From the sequence record NC_048173.1: a DNA stretch of 64,000 nucleotides, one strand, 5' to 3'. Made by a program: the position numbers and the translations under genes. Positions 19,291-28,827 of this stretch are shown piece by piece; the stretch's first letter is position 1; every line of letters begins with the position of its first letter. The notes beneath the pieces are model-generated. The model did no database searches and was not told the DNA's origin. It worked only from the letters and a program-made list of their open reading frames with translations.

Positions 19291-19955
19291 TGCTAATCCC
19301 CGCTCCACGCAAACCAGATAACATGGTGCGTATTGTTGGGGTTGACCCCGGCACCTCACACCTTGGCCTTGCCGTTCTGGACTGGGAGTGGGGTACCGAC
19401 CAAGCCGAAGTGGTTTGGGCCAGTACGGTTCATGTGAAAGATGCCACCCACGAATCCGACTTCACTGAAAGTTGTGGGAAACGTGATAAACGGATGGAGC
19501 AGTTGGAGGCAGCGTGGGAGGAGTTCTTAGAACTCGTCGGCGGTACGTTCTTCATTACTGAAACCCCGTTTATGTTGCGCAGTAAGTTAAGCGCTTATGA
19601 GTCCGGAGTCGAGTTACAGAAAATGCTTAGGACGGGACTGTGGAAGAAACACCCGCAGAAAGTCCTGCATGGTATTAACCCGATAATGGTCAAGTCTTTT
19701 GTAGGTGTAGTGGCAAAAGGGACAACCAAAGAAGACATGGCAGCAGCCGTACAAAAGCTGTACGCCAATCACACTTTGATTGACCTCTCAGTATTGGACG
19801 AACACTCGATAGATGGCATAGCAGTGGCGAACTACTTTATTCGTTCCTCGCTGCTGAATCTGAACACCCTCTTACCGCCCAAGGAGAAGAAACCGGACAG
19901 CGGTGTAGGTGGGAAAAAGAAACGCTTTAAACGTTTCAGGAGAAAGAAAAAATGA
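19290..19955 (+). CDS. ruvC: RuvC-like Holliday junction resolvase
   Basis: IVGVDPGTSHLGLAVL, ITETPF and DEHSIDGIAVA catalytic motifs. Confidence 0.85.
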   Translation: MLIPAPRKPDNMVRIVGVDPGTSHLGLAVLDWEWGTDQAEVVWASTVHVKDATHESDFTESCGKRDKRMEQLEAAWEEFLELVGGTFFITETPFMLRSKLSAYESGVELQKMLRTGLWKKHPQKVLHGINPIMVKSFVGVVAKGTTKEDMAAAVQKLYANHTLIDLSVLDEHSIDGIAVANYFIRSSLLNLNTLLPPKEKKPDSGVGGKKKRFKRFRRKKK

Positions 19956-20539
19956 GTGCAGTAGCTGAGGCCGTGAAGACTGTAAGTGCTCCCTCTGCCC
20001 ACGACGTCGTCGGGCCGATTTTGGATATTCTGATTCAGGCAGGGTCTGCAAAGATTGCCAACGATGAAGATGCCAAGAAAGTGCTGGACGCGGCAAAGGA
20101 ATCGCTCGGCGTAACGGTCGACATTACCCAGCCGGCGGATATTATCCTCGGCAGTCTGCGCCCGATGATTGTGGGTACCGTTGGACAGATGTCTGATGTG
20201 TTTGCAAACAAGGCTGCAACCGCGGTGGATAACCTCAACGAAATCTATGGCAAGGAAACCCTGCTGACGATTTACCCCACCCTCCAGTTCGCACAGAAGC
20301 TGCTGATTTGGCTGTTCTTCTTAGTGAGCTGTGGTGTATCGGCAGCGTTGACGCTGGACTTTCTCAAGGCGCCTGCCTACGATTACTTCGACCTCATCTT
20401 TGCTGCAGGTTGGCCGGTGCTTGCCGGGTTCGCGTTCTGTACGTGGCCTATCAAATCACTGGCATTGACCTCGCTGCAGATTGGTTCGAAAGCGTTGGCG
20501 GTGAAACTCGAGCGCAGTGCTAAAAAGACCAAGGTCTAA
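19952..20539 (+). CDS. Membrane protein with two C-terminal TM segments
   Basis: LLIWLFFLVSCGVSAAL and LIFAAGWPVLAGFAF; basic C-terminus. Confidence 0.75.
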   Translation: MSAVAEAVKTVSAPSAHDVVGPILDILIQAGSAKIANDEDAKKVLDAAKESLGVTVDITQPADIILGSLRPMIVGTVGQMSDVFANKAATAVDNLNEIYGKETLLTIYPTLQFAQKLLIWLFFLVSCGVSAALTLDFLKAPAYDYFDLIFAAGWPVLAGFAFCTWPIKSLALTSLQIGSKALAVKLERSAKKTKV

Positions 20540-20545
20540 TAAGTC

Positions 20546-20580
20546 GGTCAGTCACTTCGGTGGCTGGCCCTTTTATTTTT
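20546..20580 (+). terminator. Rho-independent terminator
   Basis: GGTCAGTCAC-TTCG-GTGGCTGGCC plus T tract. Confidence 0.8.
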
Positions 20581-20623
20581 AAACATCATTGTGCATTTAT
20601 GTGTAAAATTAATGAGGTGAGCT

Positions 20624-21220
20624 ATGGACATTCGTATTGTTTATCGGGATATTCTGATTCCTGTGCGCGGCTTAAAGAAGTCGATTCCTACCGGGCGCAA
20701 GTACCGTATCACTGAAGAAAAAAAAGAAGAAATTATTCTGGCCGCGTTTCGCGATTGGTTCACCATTAAACGACGCTGCCAGCATGCTGACGAACCGAGT
20801 AACCCATTACCGACGAGCAAGCTCAATATCGTGCTGGGTCATCTGCCGTACGCCGCAGAAGAACGGAAATACATTGAGGGGCAGCTCCCTATCGAGATTG
20901 AGAAAATCCTCAACAGTATGCACATGGAAACTGTTGACTTCGGTGGCGGCTTTACCTGTGCCTTTTGGGGCGAGAACGCCTACTCCCTACGCTTCACACG
21001 CAACTGTGTTGTCTTCCGATTCCCGCGTGTGTACCGGGATTACAAACTGATGACCGCGAATGCCTATATTGACGATTGCATCAAACGGGTGTCGTTGCGC
21101 TTGAAAATGTCGGATATGTTTATCCGTAAAGAGACTGCTAATCTGACGTGTACCGACTTACTCAGACCGGACACGGTGGATGTGCTTACCACGCTACTTC
21201 GTGAGCGCTTTGATAAATAA
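20624..21220 (+). CDS. Hypothetical protein
   Basis: 198 aa, GAGGTGA RBS. Confidence 0.8.
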   Translation: MDIRIVYRDILIPVRGLKKSIPTGRKYRITEEKKEEIILAAFRDWFTIKRRCQHADEPSNPLPTSKLNIVLGHLPYAAEERKYIEGQLPIEIEKILNSMHMETVDFGGGFTCAFWGENAYSLRFTRNCVVFRFPRVYRDYKLMTANAYIDDCIKRVSLRLKMSDMFIRKETANLTCTDLLRPDTVDVLTTLLRERFDK

Positions 21221-21228
21221 GGGCCATC

Positions 21229-21705
21229 ATGTATCTGATAGATGTAGAACGCGATAAAATCCCAGCGGGAATCTTCCCCGGTTTGAACGAATGGCTCGAT
21301 GATACCAACTCAGTGCGCACAAACCCGGTAACGTTTACGTTGGCGGTGGAAGACGATGTCGCGGTGGGTGTCTGTATTCACGAGCCCGGTCACCTCCTGT
21401 ATTTGGCGATTGCTAAGGATGAACGGCGTCAGGGTTACGGCACCAAATTATTAAAGAATGCCCTCGGCACGTTTAACGGCCCTACGTGGCTCCGTGTTGA
21501 CCCCAAAAATACCGAAGGGGTTTGCTTCTTCTCCTCCCATGGCGCTATTATAGACCGTGTACACGTCGCAGAAGAAGGTGCTGTGTATCATCGTATGGTA
21601 CTTGGTACCAAATCGAAACGTGTAATCCCGCCAGAGGAGACTTCTTTACTTCATTATTTAGCTAACACACCTGTGTTCGTTTCGGTGGCGGGTAAGATCG
21701 TATAA
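21229..21705 (+). CDS. GNAT family acetyltransferase
   Basis: Motif A LAIAKDERRQGYGTKLL and a motif-B-like VDPKNTEGVCFF. Confidence 0.8.
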   Translation: MYLIDVERDKIPAGIFPGLNEWLDDTNSVRTNPVTFTLAVEDDVAVGVCIHEPGHLLYLAIAKDERRQGYGTKLLKNALGTFNGPTWLRVDPKNTEGVCFFSSHGAIIDRVHVAEEGAVYHRMVLGTKSKRVIPPEETSLLHYLANTPVFVSVAGKIV

Positions 21706-21729
21706 TTTACCCCTGGGAGCGATGTAACT

Positions 21730-22254
21730 ATGAAACGTGTTGTCTATGAAAAATGGATTTCAAGCGAAGACGGACCGAAAAAAGTCCGTAGTGTGGATGT
21801 AGTCCCGACTTACGAAGTCAATGAGGCGGCATCTACCCTACGCGGGTCGACTGTGCTATTTCTAAGTGTGCGGAGTGTTGAACTGAAGTTGCCCCAACAA
21901 CCTCGTCCAACCACCAAATACTCAGGGCCACAGTTTGAACCTTTGCGACAGCACCTTTATCAGCATTATCGGAGGTCTTCTTGGCGCGCATGCGTTGAGT
22001 TACTTATCGATGAGCTAATAGTTGATTTGGAGTGGGACAGAGTCGTCGCCCAAGCAGGTTACGACCAGATTCCATTTTCAGTTCGCTGGAATAAATTTAA
22101 GGAGACCTACTACAAGGAATTGTACTGGTCACCGAATACTCGCAATATGATGGCCCGTTTAGAAACCATGCCTTGGCTGCAACCTTATCTTAATCAGAAA
22201 ACTTGTCATAATGCGAATGTACTAATGTCAGCCCCGCCTACTGTCCCGGTTTAA
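21730..22254 (+). CDS. Hypothetical protein
   Basis: 174-aa ORF. Confidence 0.7.
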   Translation: MKRVVYEKWISSEDGPKKVRSVDVVPTYEVNEAASTLRGSTVLFLSVRSVELKLPQQPRPTTKYSGPQFEPLRQHLYQHYRRSSWRACVELLIDELIVDLEWDRVVAQAGYDQIPFSVRWNKFKETYYKELYWSPNTRNMMARLETMPWLQPYLNQKTCHNANVLMSAPPTVPV

Positions 22255-22277
22255 TATGACCGTCGTTTACCGGGAGA

Positions 22278-22958
22278 ATGGTTATGTCAAAAGAGCTCTA
22301 CACTCTCATTCAAGAACGAATGAAGAAAGACCTCGTCTACACCGCGAAAGTTGACGGTGTATGGGGTGGCGGAAGTGAACGCGCTTTTGCAGCGGGTCTC
22401 GCACGGGGTATCGATTATGCTGATGGTCTGTTTGACATCGCGTGGTCGGCAAAAGTATCCCCTGAGTTTGTCCGCAAAGTAAAAGGGATTGCACAACAGC
22501 TACAACTTACTAAAAAGGGTCCGGACGAGATGATGGGCTGCATGGCGTTCGAAACCGGTGAGACATTTAGTCCTACCATTCGAAACGGTGCAGGCGCGCC
22601 GTATTACGGTATCATTCAGTTCGGCGAAGACGCGGCGAAAGATGCAGGTACCACGTTATCTGCTCTGCTGAAGATGTCCGCTGAAGAACAGCTCGACTAC
22701 GTGTACCGTTTCTTTAAACCGTACACCGGTAAGCTGCACGACATCAGCGACATCTACATGCGTATTCTGTGGCCAGTGGCCGTCGGTAAGCCGATTAACT
22801 CTACCCTTTGGGATCAGAAGACTCGACCTACCACGTACGCACAGAACAAAGGTCTTGACTTGAACTTCGATAAAGTCATTACCAAAGCTGAAGCCACTGC
22901 CAAAGTGCAAGAGAAACTTAATCGCGGGATGTCTCCGCTATTTCGTCGGCCGTTATAA
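22278..22958 (+). CDS. Endolysin (lysozyme-like/lytic transglycosylase fold, short PG-binding-like N-terminus)
   Basis: VDGVWGGGS; MAFETGETFSPTIRN, YYGIIQFG, EQLDYVYRFF, NKGLDLNFDKVIT. Confidence 0.85.
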   Translation: MVMSKELYTLIQERMKKDLVYTAKVDGVWGGGSERAFAAGLARGIDYADGLFDIAWSAKVSPEFVRKVKGIAQQLQLTKKGPDEMMGCMAFETGETFSPTIRNGAGAPYYGIIQFGEDAAKDAGTTLSALLKMSAEEQLDYVYRFFKPYTGKLHDISDIYMRILWPVAVGKPINSTLWDQKTRPTTYAQNKGLDLNFDKVITKAEATAKVQEKLNRGMSPLFRRPL

Positions 22959-22966
22959 GCGTTTTA

Positions 22967-22997
22967 ATAAGGGGGCTTCGGCCCCCTTATTTTTTCG
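22967..22997 (+). terminator. Rho-independent terminator
   Basis: ATAAGGGGGC-TTCG-GCCCCCTTAT plus T tract. Confidence 0.85.
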
Positions 22998-23032
22998 TCC
23001 CAATTACTATGTAGGGGCGAAGGAGCACAAAG

Positions 23033-23563
23033 ATGAGTTACGTTATTAATTTTGCAACAATGCACGACACGTCGCTCTTAGAGAAAATCAACGATATCAA
23101 CGCCGCCAGCGTAGGCCGCAAGCTGAAAGTGGAAGATATCGAAATCGTCGAATTAAGCAAACTGCCTTCTGGGGCGTTTAGCGTAGAGTTAATCAACCGC
23201 GAAGACTTAACGGATACCGTGGTCGTCACGCATGAGAAACTTGACTTGGCTGATTTTCTTAAGCACGAGCTTGCAGATTTGACTTGGTGGAATCCTGACA
23301 ACTTTGATGCAGCACGCGATACCGCCGCCGCGTCGTTGATGTTTAATAATGCACTTATTAAAGCTGGCATTATTGCAGCGAAAGCGTGGGAAGTCGGTAG
23401 TGGACAAATGAGTATTGTCTACGACGCACCCACTGCACAGTACACCATGGTCTTCACCTGCACTTCACATGTGTGGAAAGAGTACCGCTTTGATTTACCA
23501 CGCAGCTTTGCGAATGTCTTTAATCAGCAAATCCTGCCCGGATTCACTGCGGCGAACGTGTAA
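23033..23563 (+). CDS. Putative virion protein, isolated member of the tail paralog family
   Basis: INAASVGRKLKVEDI...THEKLDL and FTCTSHVWK echo the family motifs IN..N...L...DV, YDRLDL and S..W. Confidence 0.65.
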   Translation: MSYVINFATMHDTSLLEKINDINAASVGRKLKVEDIEIVELSKLPSGAFSVELINREDLTDTVVVTHEKLDLADFLKHELADLTWWNPDNFDAARDTAAASLMFNNALIKAGIIAAKAWEVGSGQMSIVYDAPTAQYTMVFTCTSHVWKEYRFDLPRSFANVFNQQILPGFTAANV

Positions 23564-23569
23564 GAATTG

Positions 23570-23606
23570 AGAGAGTATCTTCGGATACTCTCTTTTTCTT
23601 TTATTT
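23570..23606 (+). terminator. Rho-independent terminator
   Basis: AGAGAGTATC-TTCG-GATACTCTCT plus T tract. Confidence 0.85.
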
Positions 23607-23653
23607 TTTACAACAGATACGCTTGATATAGACGAGCAATGAGGTGAGGTCTA

Positions 23654-24250
23654 ATGGGAGCCGCAATCCGGATAGCAATTATAGGTTCAAGAAAAACTGA
23701 CGGGGAAACCATGTCAGTAATGGGGAAGGTCATGGCGGCGCTGATTCGTAAAGCCGTCAGTATGGAGATACCCATTGAAATCGTATCCGGAGCTTGTGCG
23801 GAAGGACCTGACCAAGTACAACTCATGTTATCGCGCATATTCGACGACGAGTTAGTTACGTTCACTGCTTATCTACCAGACGATAAAAAGCTTTGGCTTT
23901 CTAAAGTCTATCCAAGGGTTAAGTTTGTCGTGGGAACTGATGATGAGCACCACCGTGCGATAGTCGCAGAACTACATCCAGCCCCAGACAACTTAAAAGA
24001 GTATGCTTACAAACTACACGGGAGGAACTTAGAAATAATAGCCGGCGAGTGTTTAGGGGACCTTGTCGATGCGGTATATTTTTCAGCGCCTGAGAACCAG
24101 AAGGGACTTGTTTCGGGCGGCACAGCAATGGGGGTATCGTACGCGCGTCAGCGTGACGTCCCTACATTCAATGCATCATCACCTGACGGAACTGATGCTT
24201 TTATTAGACATGTGCGTACTCTCCTCCGTAATTACTCACGGAAAGAGTGA
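23654..24250 (+). CDS. SLOG-superfamily (DprA/Smf-like Rossmann fold) protein
   Basis: IAIIGSR, IVSGACAEGPD and SGGTAMGVSYA motifs. Confidence 0.75.
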   Translation: MGAAIRIAIIGSRKTDGETMSVMGKVMAALIRKAVSMEIPIEIVSGACAEGPDQVQLMLSRIFDDELVTFTAYLPDDKKLWLSKVYPRVKFVVGTDDEHHRAIVAELHPAPDNLKEYAYKLHGRNLEIIAGECLGDLVDAVYFSAPENQKGLVSGGTAMGVSYARQRDVPTFNASSPDGTDAFIRHVRTLLRNYSRKE

Positions 24251-24309
24251 TTGTCAGAACGGAGTTACGGTAGGTTGAGTTAGCAGTAAAAAACCCACTG
24301 GGGGTTACT

Positions 24310-25557
24310 ATGCTTTCCATCAGCAACGCGAATCTGGAGATGGTTCGTCGCTTTTGTACTGTAGAGACAGCAATACACACGTGCCCTGACACGGTATTAG
24401 ACCTCGATAAAAACGTGGTCTTAGAGATGCTTGCCACTAACGAGATTTCTAAGGAAGTGGCATTGCGTGCAGCGTATGTTTTAGGATGCACTTTGGGAAC
24501 GGTTCGGGACATGACTCTGTTGGAGCGTATTGCTTCGCTAAGTAACCCTGCCTACGCAAAGAGCTGGTATAGCATGAGGGACTATTGGTCCAGACTGCTT
24601 TATTGTAACCCAGAAAATTCCGACCTATTGTCTGTAGTGTTGCGCCACCTGAGTCCCGATGACATCAGACGGCACGATTACAGTCAAGAACGTTATTTGG
24701 CAGCGAAGGTTCCCTTTATCGGTGAAATTGCCGAAGCGCCTTCCAGTGTGCAGGCCCGCTATGCGCAACCCCGATTTGAACCTAATGATCCGGTGTTGGC
24801 AGAATGGCGTCGTCGACTCACTCCTGCTATGGCCACTAAATTGTTTGAAAGTACCGGCTGGGATATCTTTAATCCGGCGTCGGACGATTACATCATGGTG
24901 CAGACCACTGATGAACAAACAGAGCTGCTGTTAGACTCTGATAAGCCTTTACCCGTGGTGGTTTCACGTGGTCGCTGGACTCGAGGTAACATTGAACGCA
25001 TCTTGACTCGAATCGAAGAGTCACCTGCGCGAGATGGGTTAATGATTATCCTTTACGAACGCGTCTGTGAACTTTGGGGAGACACTTCTGTATTGTCGAA
25101 ATTGGTACGCGACCACCTTCGGTACGCCGCCATTATGGACGATGAACATGTGCAGAAGATTTACACCACCGACTGGCATTGTTGCGTGCCGCCAATCCAT
25201 TATTACTTGGTGAATGCCAACTACTTGGATTTGCGTCGCTTAATTGAAACGAACTTCAATGCCCGGGTAACTATCTTTGACATCATCAGGCACGCCACTC
25301 CCGAAGCGATTCGCGCTATCAGTGTAGAAGCTGTGCGTTGGCTTGCGGAGTATCACCCGCACGATTACAAAGGCATGCGTAACGTTCTGAATGTTATTGC
25401 GAACCACACAACCTCGGTTGCATGGGACAGTGATACAGCAGAAATCGTCATGCGCGGCATGCGGCGTACCTACACGAAGAAACTGATTCTCCAGTTTATT
25501 CTGATGTCCACCTTCCCACACGAGCTGAAAGAAGAACTCGTGAATTTACCATGTTAA
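24310..25557 (+). CDS. Hypothetical helical protein, 415 aa
   Basis: Long ORF, GGGG RBS. Confidence 0.8.
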   Translation: MLSISNANLEMVRRFCTVETAIHTCPDTVLDLDKNVVLEMLATNEISKEVALRAAYVLGCTLGTVRDMTLLERIASLSNPAYAKSWYSMRDYWSRLLYCNPENSDLLSVVLRHLSPDDIRRHDYSQERYLAAKVPFIGEIAEAPSSVQARYAQPRFEPNDPVLAEWRRRLTPAMATKLFESTGWDIFNPASDDYIMVQTTDEQTELLLDSDKPLPVVVSRGRWTRGNIERILTRIEESPARDGLMIILYERVCELWGDTSVLSKLVRDHLRYAAIMDDEHVQKIYTTDWHCCVPPIHYYLVNANYLDLRRLIETNFNARVTIFDIIRHATPEAIRAISVEAVRWLAEYHPHDYKGMRNVLNVIANHTTSVAWDSDTAEIVMRGMRRTYTKKLILQFILMSTFPHELKEELVNLPC

Positions 25558-25602
25558 CAAACTTTCCTCTTGGTATGGTTAAATCGCCTAGGAGAGAAAG
25601 GT

Positions 25603-25875
25603 ATGAAAGCTTCACTGGTTAATGTGGGTCTGGCAGTGCTTAAGCTGCTATCATTAGTAAAGCGTCCCAAACCCGTGGCCCGTCATGCGCCGTGGGAGGG
25701 TTCTGAGGAAGACTTCTTTGACAAAATGCTCAATGAAGGTACGTACGCGGTTACCGACAACACTGCACGCGCAGTGGTTACCTCGTATCACGACAAAGAG
25801 ACTCACGAACAGCTGGGAATGGCTATTCGCTGGCCTAACCGTCATTTCTACTTCGAAACTATCCGGAAGGGATGA
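25603..25875 (+). CDS. Hypothetical protein
   Basis: AAGG RBS before ATG 25603. Confidence 0.65.
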   Translation: MKASLVNVGLAVLKLLSLVKRPKPVARHAPWEGSEEDFFDKMLNEGTYAVTDNTARAVVTSYHDKETHEQLGMAIRWPNRHFYFETIRKG

Positions 25876-26017
25876 GGTATTGGCACCCAAGGCCCCGTAT
25901 TAACATGACGTTAGTGCGGGGCTTTATCCTAAAACAACTTATCTCCCTTATTGTGAGCAGTACAAATCTCTCTTACCGCCGGTAAGATATTTTGACTACA
26001 ACAGTAAGGTGCGTGCT

Positions 26018-26773
26018 ATGGGACGTGAAAAGCAACAAGGTGTAAGTCGTAAGAACCGTCGCCCCTCTACCAAAGGTCAGGTGATTCAGTTCCCTGAACA
26101 AGAGCTTGACGAATCTTTACCGCAGTCAAAACGCGATACCAGTCCAATCGAACCACGCAATACGAATCAACAGCACTACGCACTTGCTCTGGAAACCAAG
26201 CAACTCATCTTCTCCACAGGGGAAGCCGGATGCGGTAAGACCTTCATGGCCACCGCCTACGCGGTAGAGCGATTACTGGCCAAAGACGTCGATCGTATCA
26301 TTGTCACTCGCCCTGTCCTCTCCGCAGATGAAGACTTAGGCTTCCTGCCGGGCGATGTTGGTGAAAAGTTCGCGCCTTACTTCCGACCTGTTTACGATGT
26401 GCTCTTAAAACGTCTGGGCAGCCGTTTCTTACAATACTGCCTGAAACCGGGTATAGACAAGGTTGAGATAGCTCCCTTCGCCTATATGCGTGGCCGCAAC
26501 TTCGAGAACGCGGTCGTTATCTTAGATGAAGCTCAGAACACCACTGCTCAGCAGATGAAGCTCTTCCTGACCCGTATCGGGGAGAACTGTATCGTTATCG
26601 TTAACGGTGACGTCACTCAGTGCGACTTACCTTCCGGGGTGAAGTCGGGACTGGCCGACGCATTAGCCCGTTTCGAAGAAGACGAATTAGTCGGCATCGT
26701 TCGTTTTACGAAAGATGACTGTGTGCGCTCTCCGCTTTGTCAGCGTGCGTTATTTGCGTATGACGATAAGTAA
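26018..26773 (+). CDS. phoH: PhoH family ATPase
   Basis: TGEAGCGKT, TRPVLSADEDLGFLPGD, APFAYMRGRNF, ILDEAQN; very close to E. coli PhoH as recalled. Confidence 0.95.
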   Translation: MGREKQQGVSRKNRRPSTKGQVIQFPEQELDESLPQSKRDTSPIEPRNTNQQHYALALETKQLIFSTGEAGCGKTFMATAYAVERLLAKDVDRIIVTRPVLSADEDLGFLPGDVGEKFAPYFRPVYDVLLKRLGSRFLQYCLKPGIDKVEIAPFAYMRGRNFENAVVILDEAQNTTAQQMKLFLTRIGENCIVIVNGDVTQCDLPSGVKSGLADALARFEEDELVGIVRFTKDDCVRSPLCQRALFAYDDK

Positions 26774-26776
26774 GAA

Positions 26777-26812
26777 GCAGGGGGCTATTTGCCCCCTGCC
26801 CTTTTATTTTGT
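26777..26812 (+). terminator. Rho-independent terminator
   Basis: GCAGGGGGC-TATTT-GCCCCCTGC plus T tract. Confidence 0.8.
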
Positions 26813-26821
26813 CAGTTTGCG

Positions 26822-26858
26822 AACGAAAATAATCTCAGATATATATTACTTTAGTGAA
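26822..26858 (+). promoter_or_regulatory. Putative early promoter, copy 2
   Basis: AACGAAAA-TAATCT-CAGATATATATTACTTT-AG-TGAA. Confidence 0.75.
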
Positions 26859-26902
26859 TGACATGGGTTATTCATTAATTAATTATCGTGGAGATTTCAA
26901 TT

Positions 26903-27379
26903 ATGTTCAGCATCCAATCCTTTGACTTCGCTTCTGTCTGTGACATCATTCGTAAAGACGGCTTCTACGCCAAACAGTCCGACGGTCTGCCAAAGAACAT
27001 GTCTTTGCTGGAAAAGGCGACTGAGCAGCAGCTGACTTCTTTTGCAATTTACCGCACCGGCATCAAACAAGAACTTACCCCGTTCATGCCGGCCATGAAT
27101 ATTATTCCATCGCCGCTGAAGAAGTATCAGGCGCTGGTTGTGGTTGACCGGGATGACAAAACCTTCCTTGAAACGATGGACGGTTTTAAAGTGGCTAAGG
27201 TTACACGTGCCCCGCACGGTTCAGTAGACCCAATCATGAACCAAGGGACTAGCATTATCATTAACCTTTCCAAGCACCCAATCGCATTTAACTTTGTCTC
27301 GATGTTCTTTACGGCTTTCTGGGCAGCATTCCAGGAAAACAAAAAGAACGCAAAGTTGAAGCGTATGTTCCGTAAGTAG
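26903..27379 (+). CDS. Hypothetical early protein
   Basis: GGAG RBS; first gene after promoter copy 2. Confidence 0.8.
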   Translation: MFSIQSFDFASVCDIIRKDGFYAKQSDGLPKNMSLLEKATEQQLTSFAIYRTGIKQELTPFMPAMNIIPSPLKKYQALVVVDRDDKTFLETMDGFKVAKVTRAPHGSVDPIMNQGTSIIINLSKHPIAFNFVSMFFTAFWAAFQENKKNAKLKRMFRK

Positions 27380-27431
27380 TAGTAATCGTAATACCCGCAG
27401 TAAAACAATTTAAATAAATCTGGAGCTAATC

Positions 27432-27863
27432 ATGGAATACACTTTTGAAAATGTTACAACCCGTCGTTACACTGTTGGCGTGTGCACTATTACCTGGGTT
27501 GATAATGGGAATCAGCGCAAAGCATGGCTGGAACTGAACGGTAAAGAAATGTGCAAGTGGGAAGAGAACGAAGACGGCCGCTGGATTGTATCCGCCGCAA
27601 TCGAGTTCATGAGCCGTTTGAAGAAACGCACCTTCTCTAAAGAAAACACCTTCTGCATCTACGCCTGCATTGGCCGGATGATTGAAGCCCCACATGCGGG
27701 TCTGCACTGGCAAGACCACCACCGTCCGGGCACTGTGGGTTCCGCTATCATTCACGCACAAGCACAGTGCGGTTTGATTTTCCGCGTGAACAGTAAATAC
27801 CAAACCCCAACCACCCGCTCGAGCAAAAATACCGCAGACGTGAGTCGTACTCACCTGCATTGA
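27432..27863 (+). CDS. Hypothetical early protein
   Basis: TGGAGCTAATC-ATG leader. Confidence 0.8.
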   Translation: MEYTFENVTTRRYTVGVCTITWVDNGNQRKAWLELNGKEMCKWEENEDGRWIVSAAIEFMSRLKKRTFSKENTFCIYACIGRMIEAPHAGLHWQDHHRPGTVGSAIIHAQAQCGLIFRVNSKYQTPTTRSSKNTADVSRTHLH

Positions 27864-27946
27864 TTTCTGTAGTAGTCGACGATTAACCCCTACTTAGGTA
27901 GGGGTACTTTTTAATTTCTATCTATCAAATATACTTGGAGCTAATC

Positions 27947-28756
27947 ATGTTTAAATTCGAAGCTATCGACGTTCTGCACGACATTGACCGTAACGCACTG
28001 CACAACAACTTTGCAGTCAACTGGGAAGCGCTGGATAAAGCAGGCTTCCGTTTCGATGCCTACCGTGGCCTGAAAGACGGTACCGAATACCTGCTGATTG
28101 TGGCGGGCCGCAATGTGGGTATGATTACCCGTACAAATGGTGTAGTTGAGGCGGTGCGCGTGGCAGAAGATGCCCAGAGCCGCTTCGCATTGGAAACCCT
28201 GATTGAGAAGAATCTCGACTGGCGTTTCTACGAACCCAATAACCTGAGCTACACAGTTCAGAAACCTCGTGCTTTCTTAGCCCGTCTGTTTGGTAAGAAA
28301 GCACCTAACGTCGGTGCGCTGAAAGAGGAGGTAAATGCCAAATTGAAAACTGCACAAGAACAACTCGCGAAAGCGAAAGAAGAGCTGTCGAAAGACAACA
28401 CCGCCGAAGCCGCAGCAGCAGTTGCACAAGTTGAAGAGTTGACACAAGTCGTTCAGGCAATGTCTGACGACGTAAACTCTCCAGAGGTGCTGGCTGCTGA
28501 GACCAAAAGCGAAACCAAACGCACACTCGGCATGGCTGTCGCCGCCGTCAACCATAACGGTATGACTTCCCGCGAGCGCATCATGGCGATGCGTGCTCTG
28601 CTGGAACTCGAAGAGTATGCGGATGACCCGCAGATGAATACTCTGCGCGCAAACCTTGCAATGCCACCGGTTGTACGTCCGGAACCGCCGGTTGAAGTCA
28701 CGGTGATTGTAGTTGAAGCTACTGCACCGGCCGCTGAGGCTGAAGTGCAGAACTAA
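27947..28756 (+). CDS. Hypothetical early protein with a central coiled coil
   Basis: TGGAGCTAATC-ATG leader; A/E/K-rich helix; terminator downstream. Confidence 0.8.
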   Translation: MFKFEAIDVLHDIDRNALHNNFAVNWEALDKAGFRFDAYRGLKDGTEYLLIVAGRNVGMITRTNGVVEAVRVAEDAQSRFALETLIEKNLDWRFYEPNNLSYTVQKPRAFLARLFGKKAPNVGALKEEVNAKLKTAQEQLAKAKEELSKDNTAEAAAAVAQVEELTQVVQAMSDDVNSPEVLAAETKSETKRTLGMAVAAVNHNGMTSRERIMAMRALLELEEYADDPQMNTLRANLAMPPVVRPEPPVEVTVIVVEATAPAAEAEVQN

Positions 28757-28760
28757 GAAT

Positions 28761-28790
28761 AAGGGGCCATGCGCCCCTTTTCTTTTTTTG
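28761..28790 (+). terminator. Rho-independent terminator
   Basis: AAGGGGC-CATGC-GCCCCTT plus T tract. Confidence 0.75.
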
Positions 28791-28827
28791 CCCTTTGATA
28801 TGTATTCCTTAACCTCCGAGACAGACT

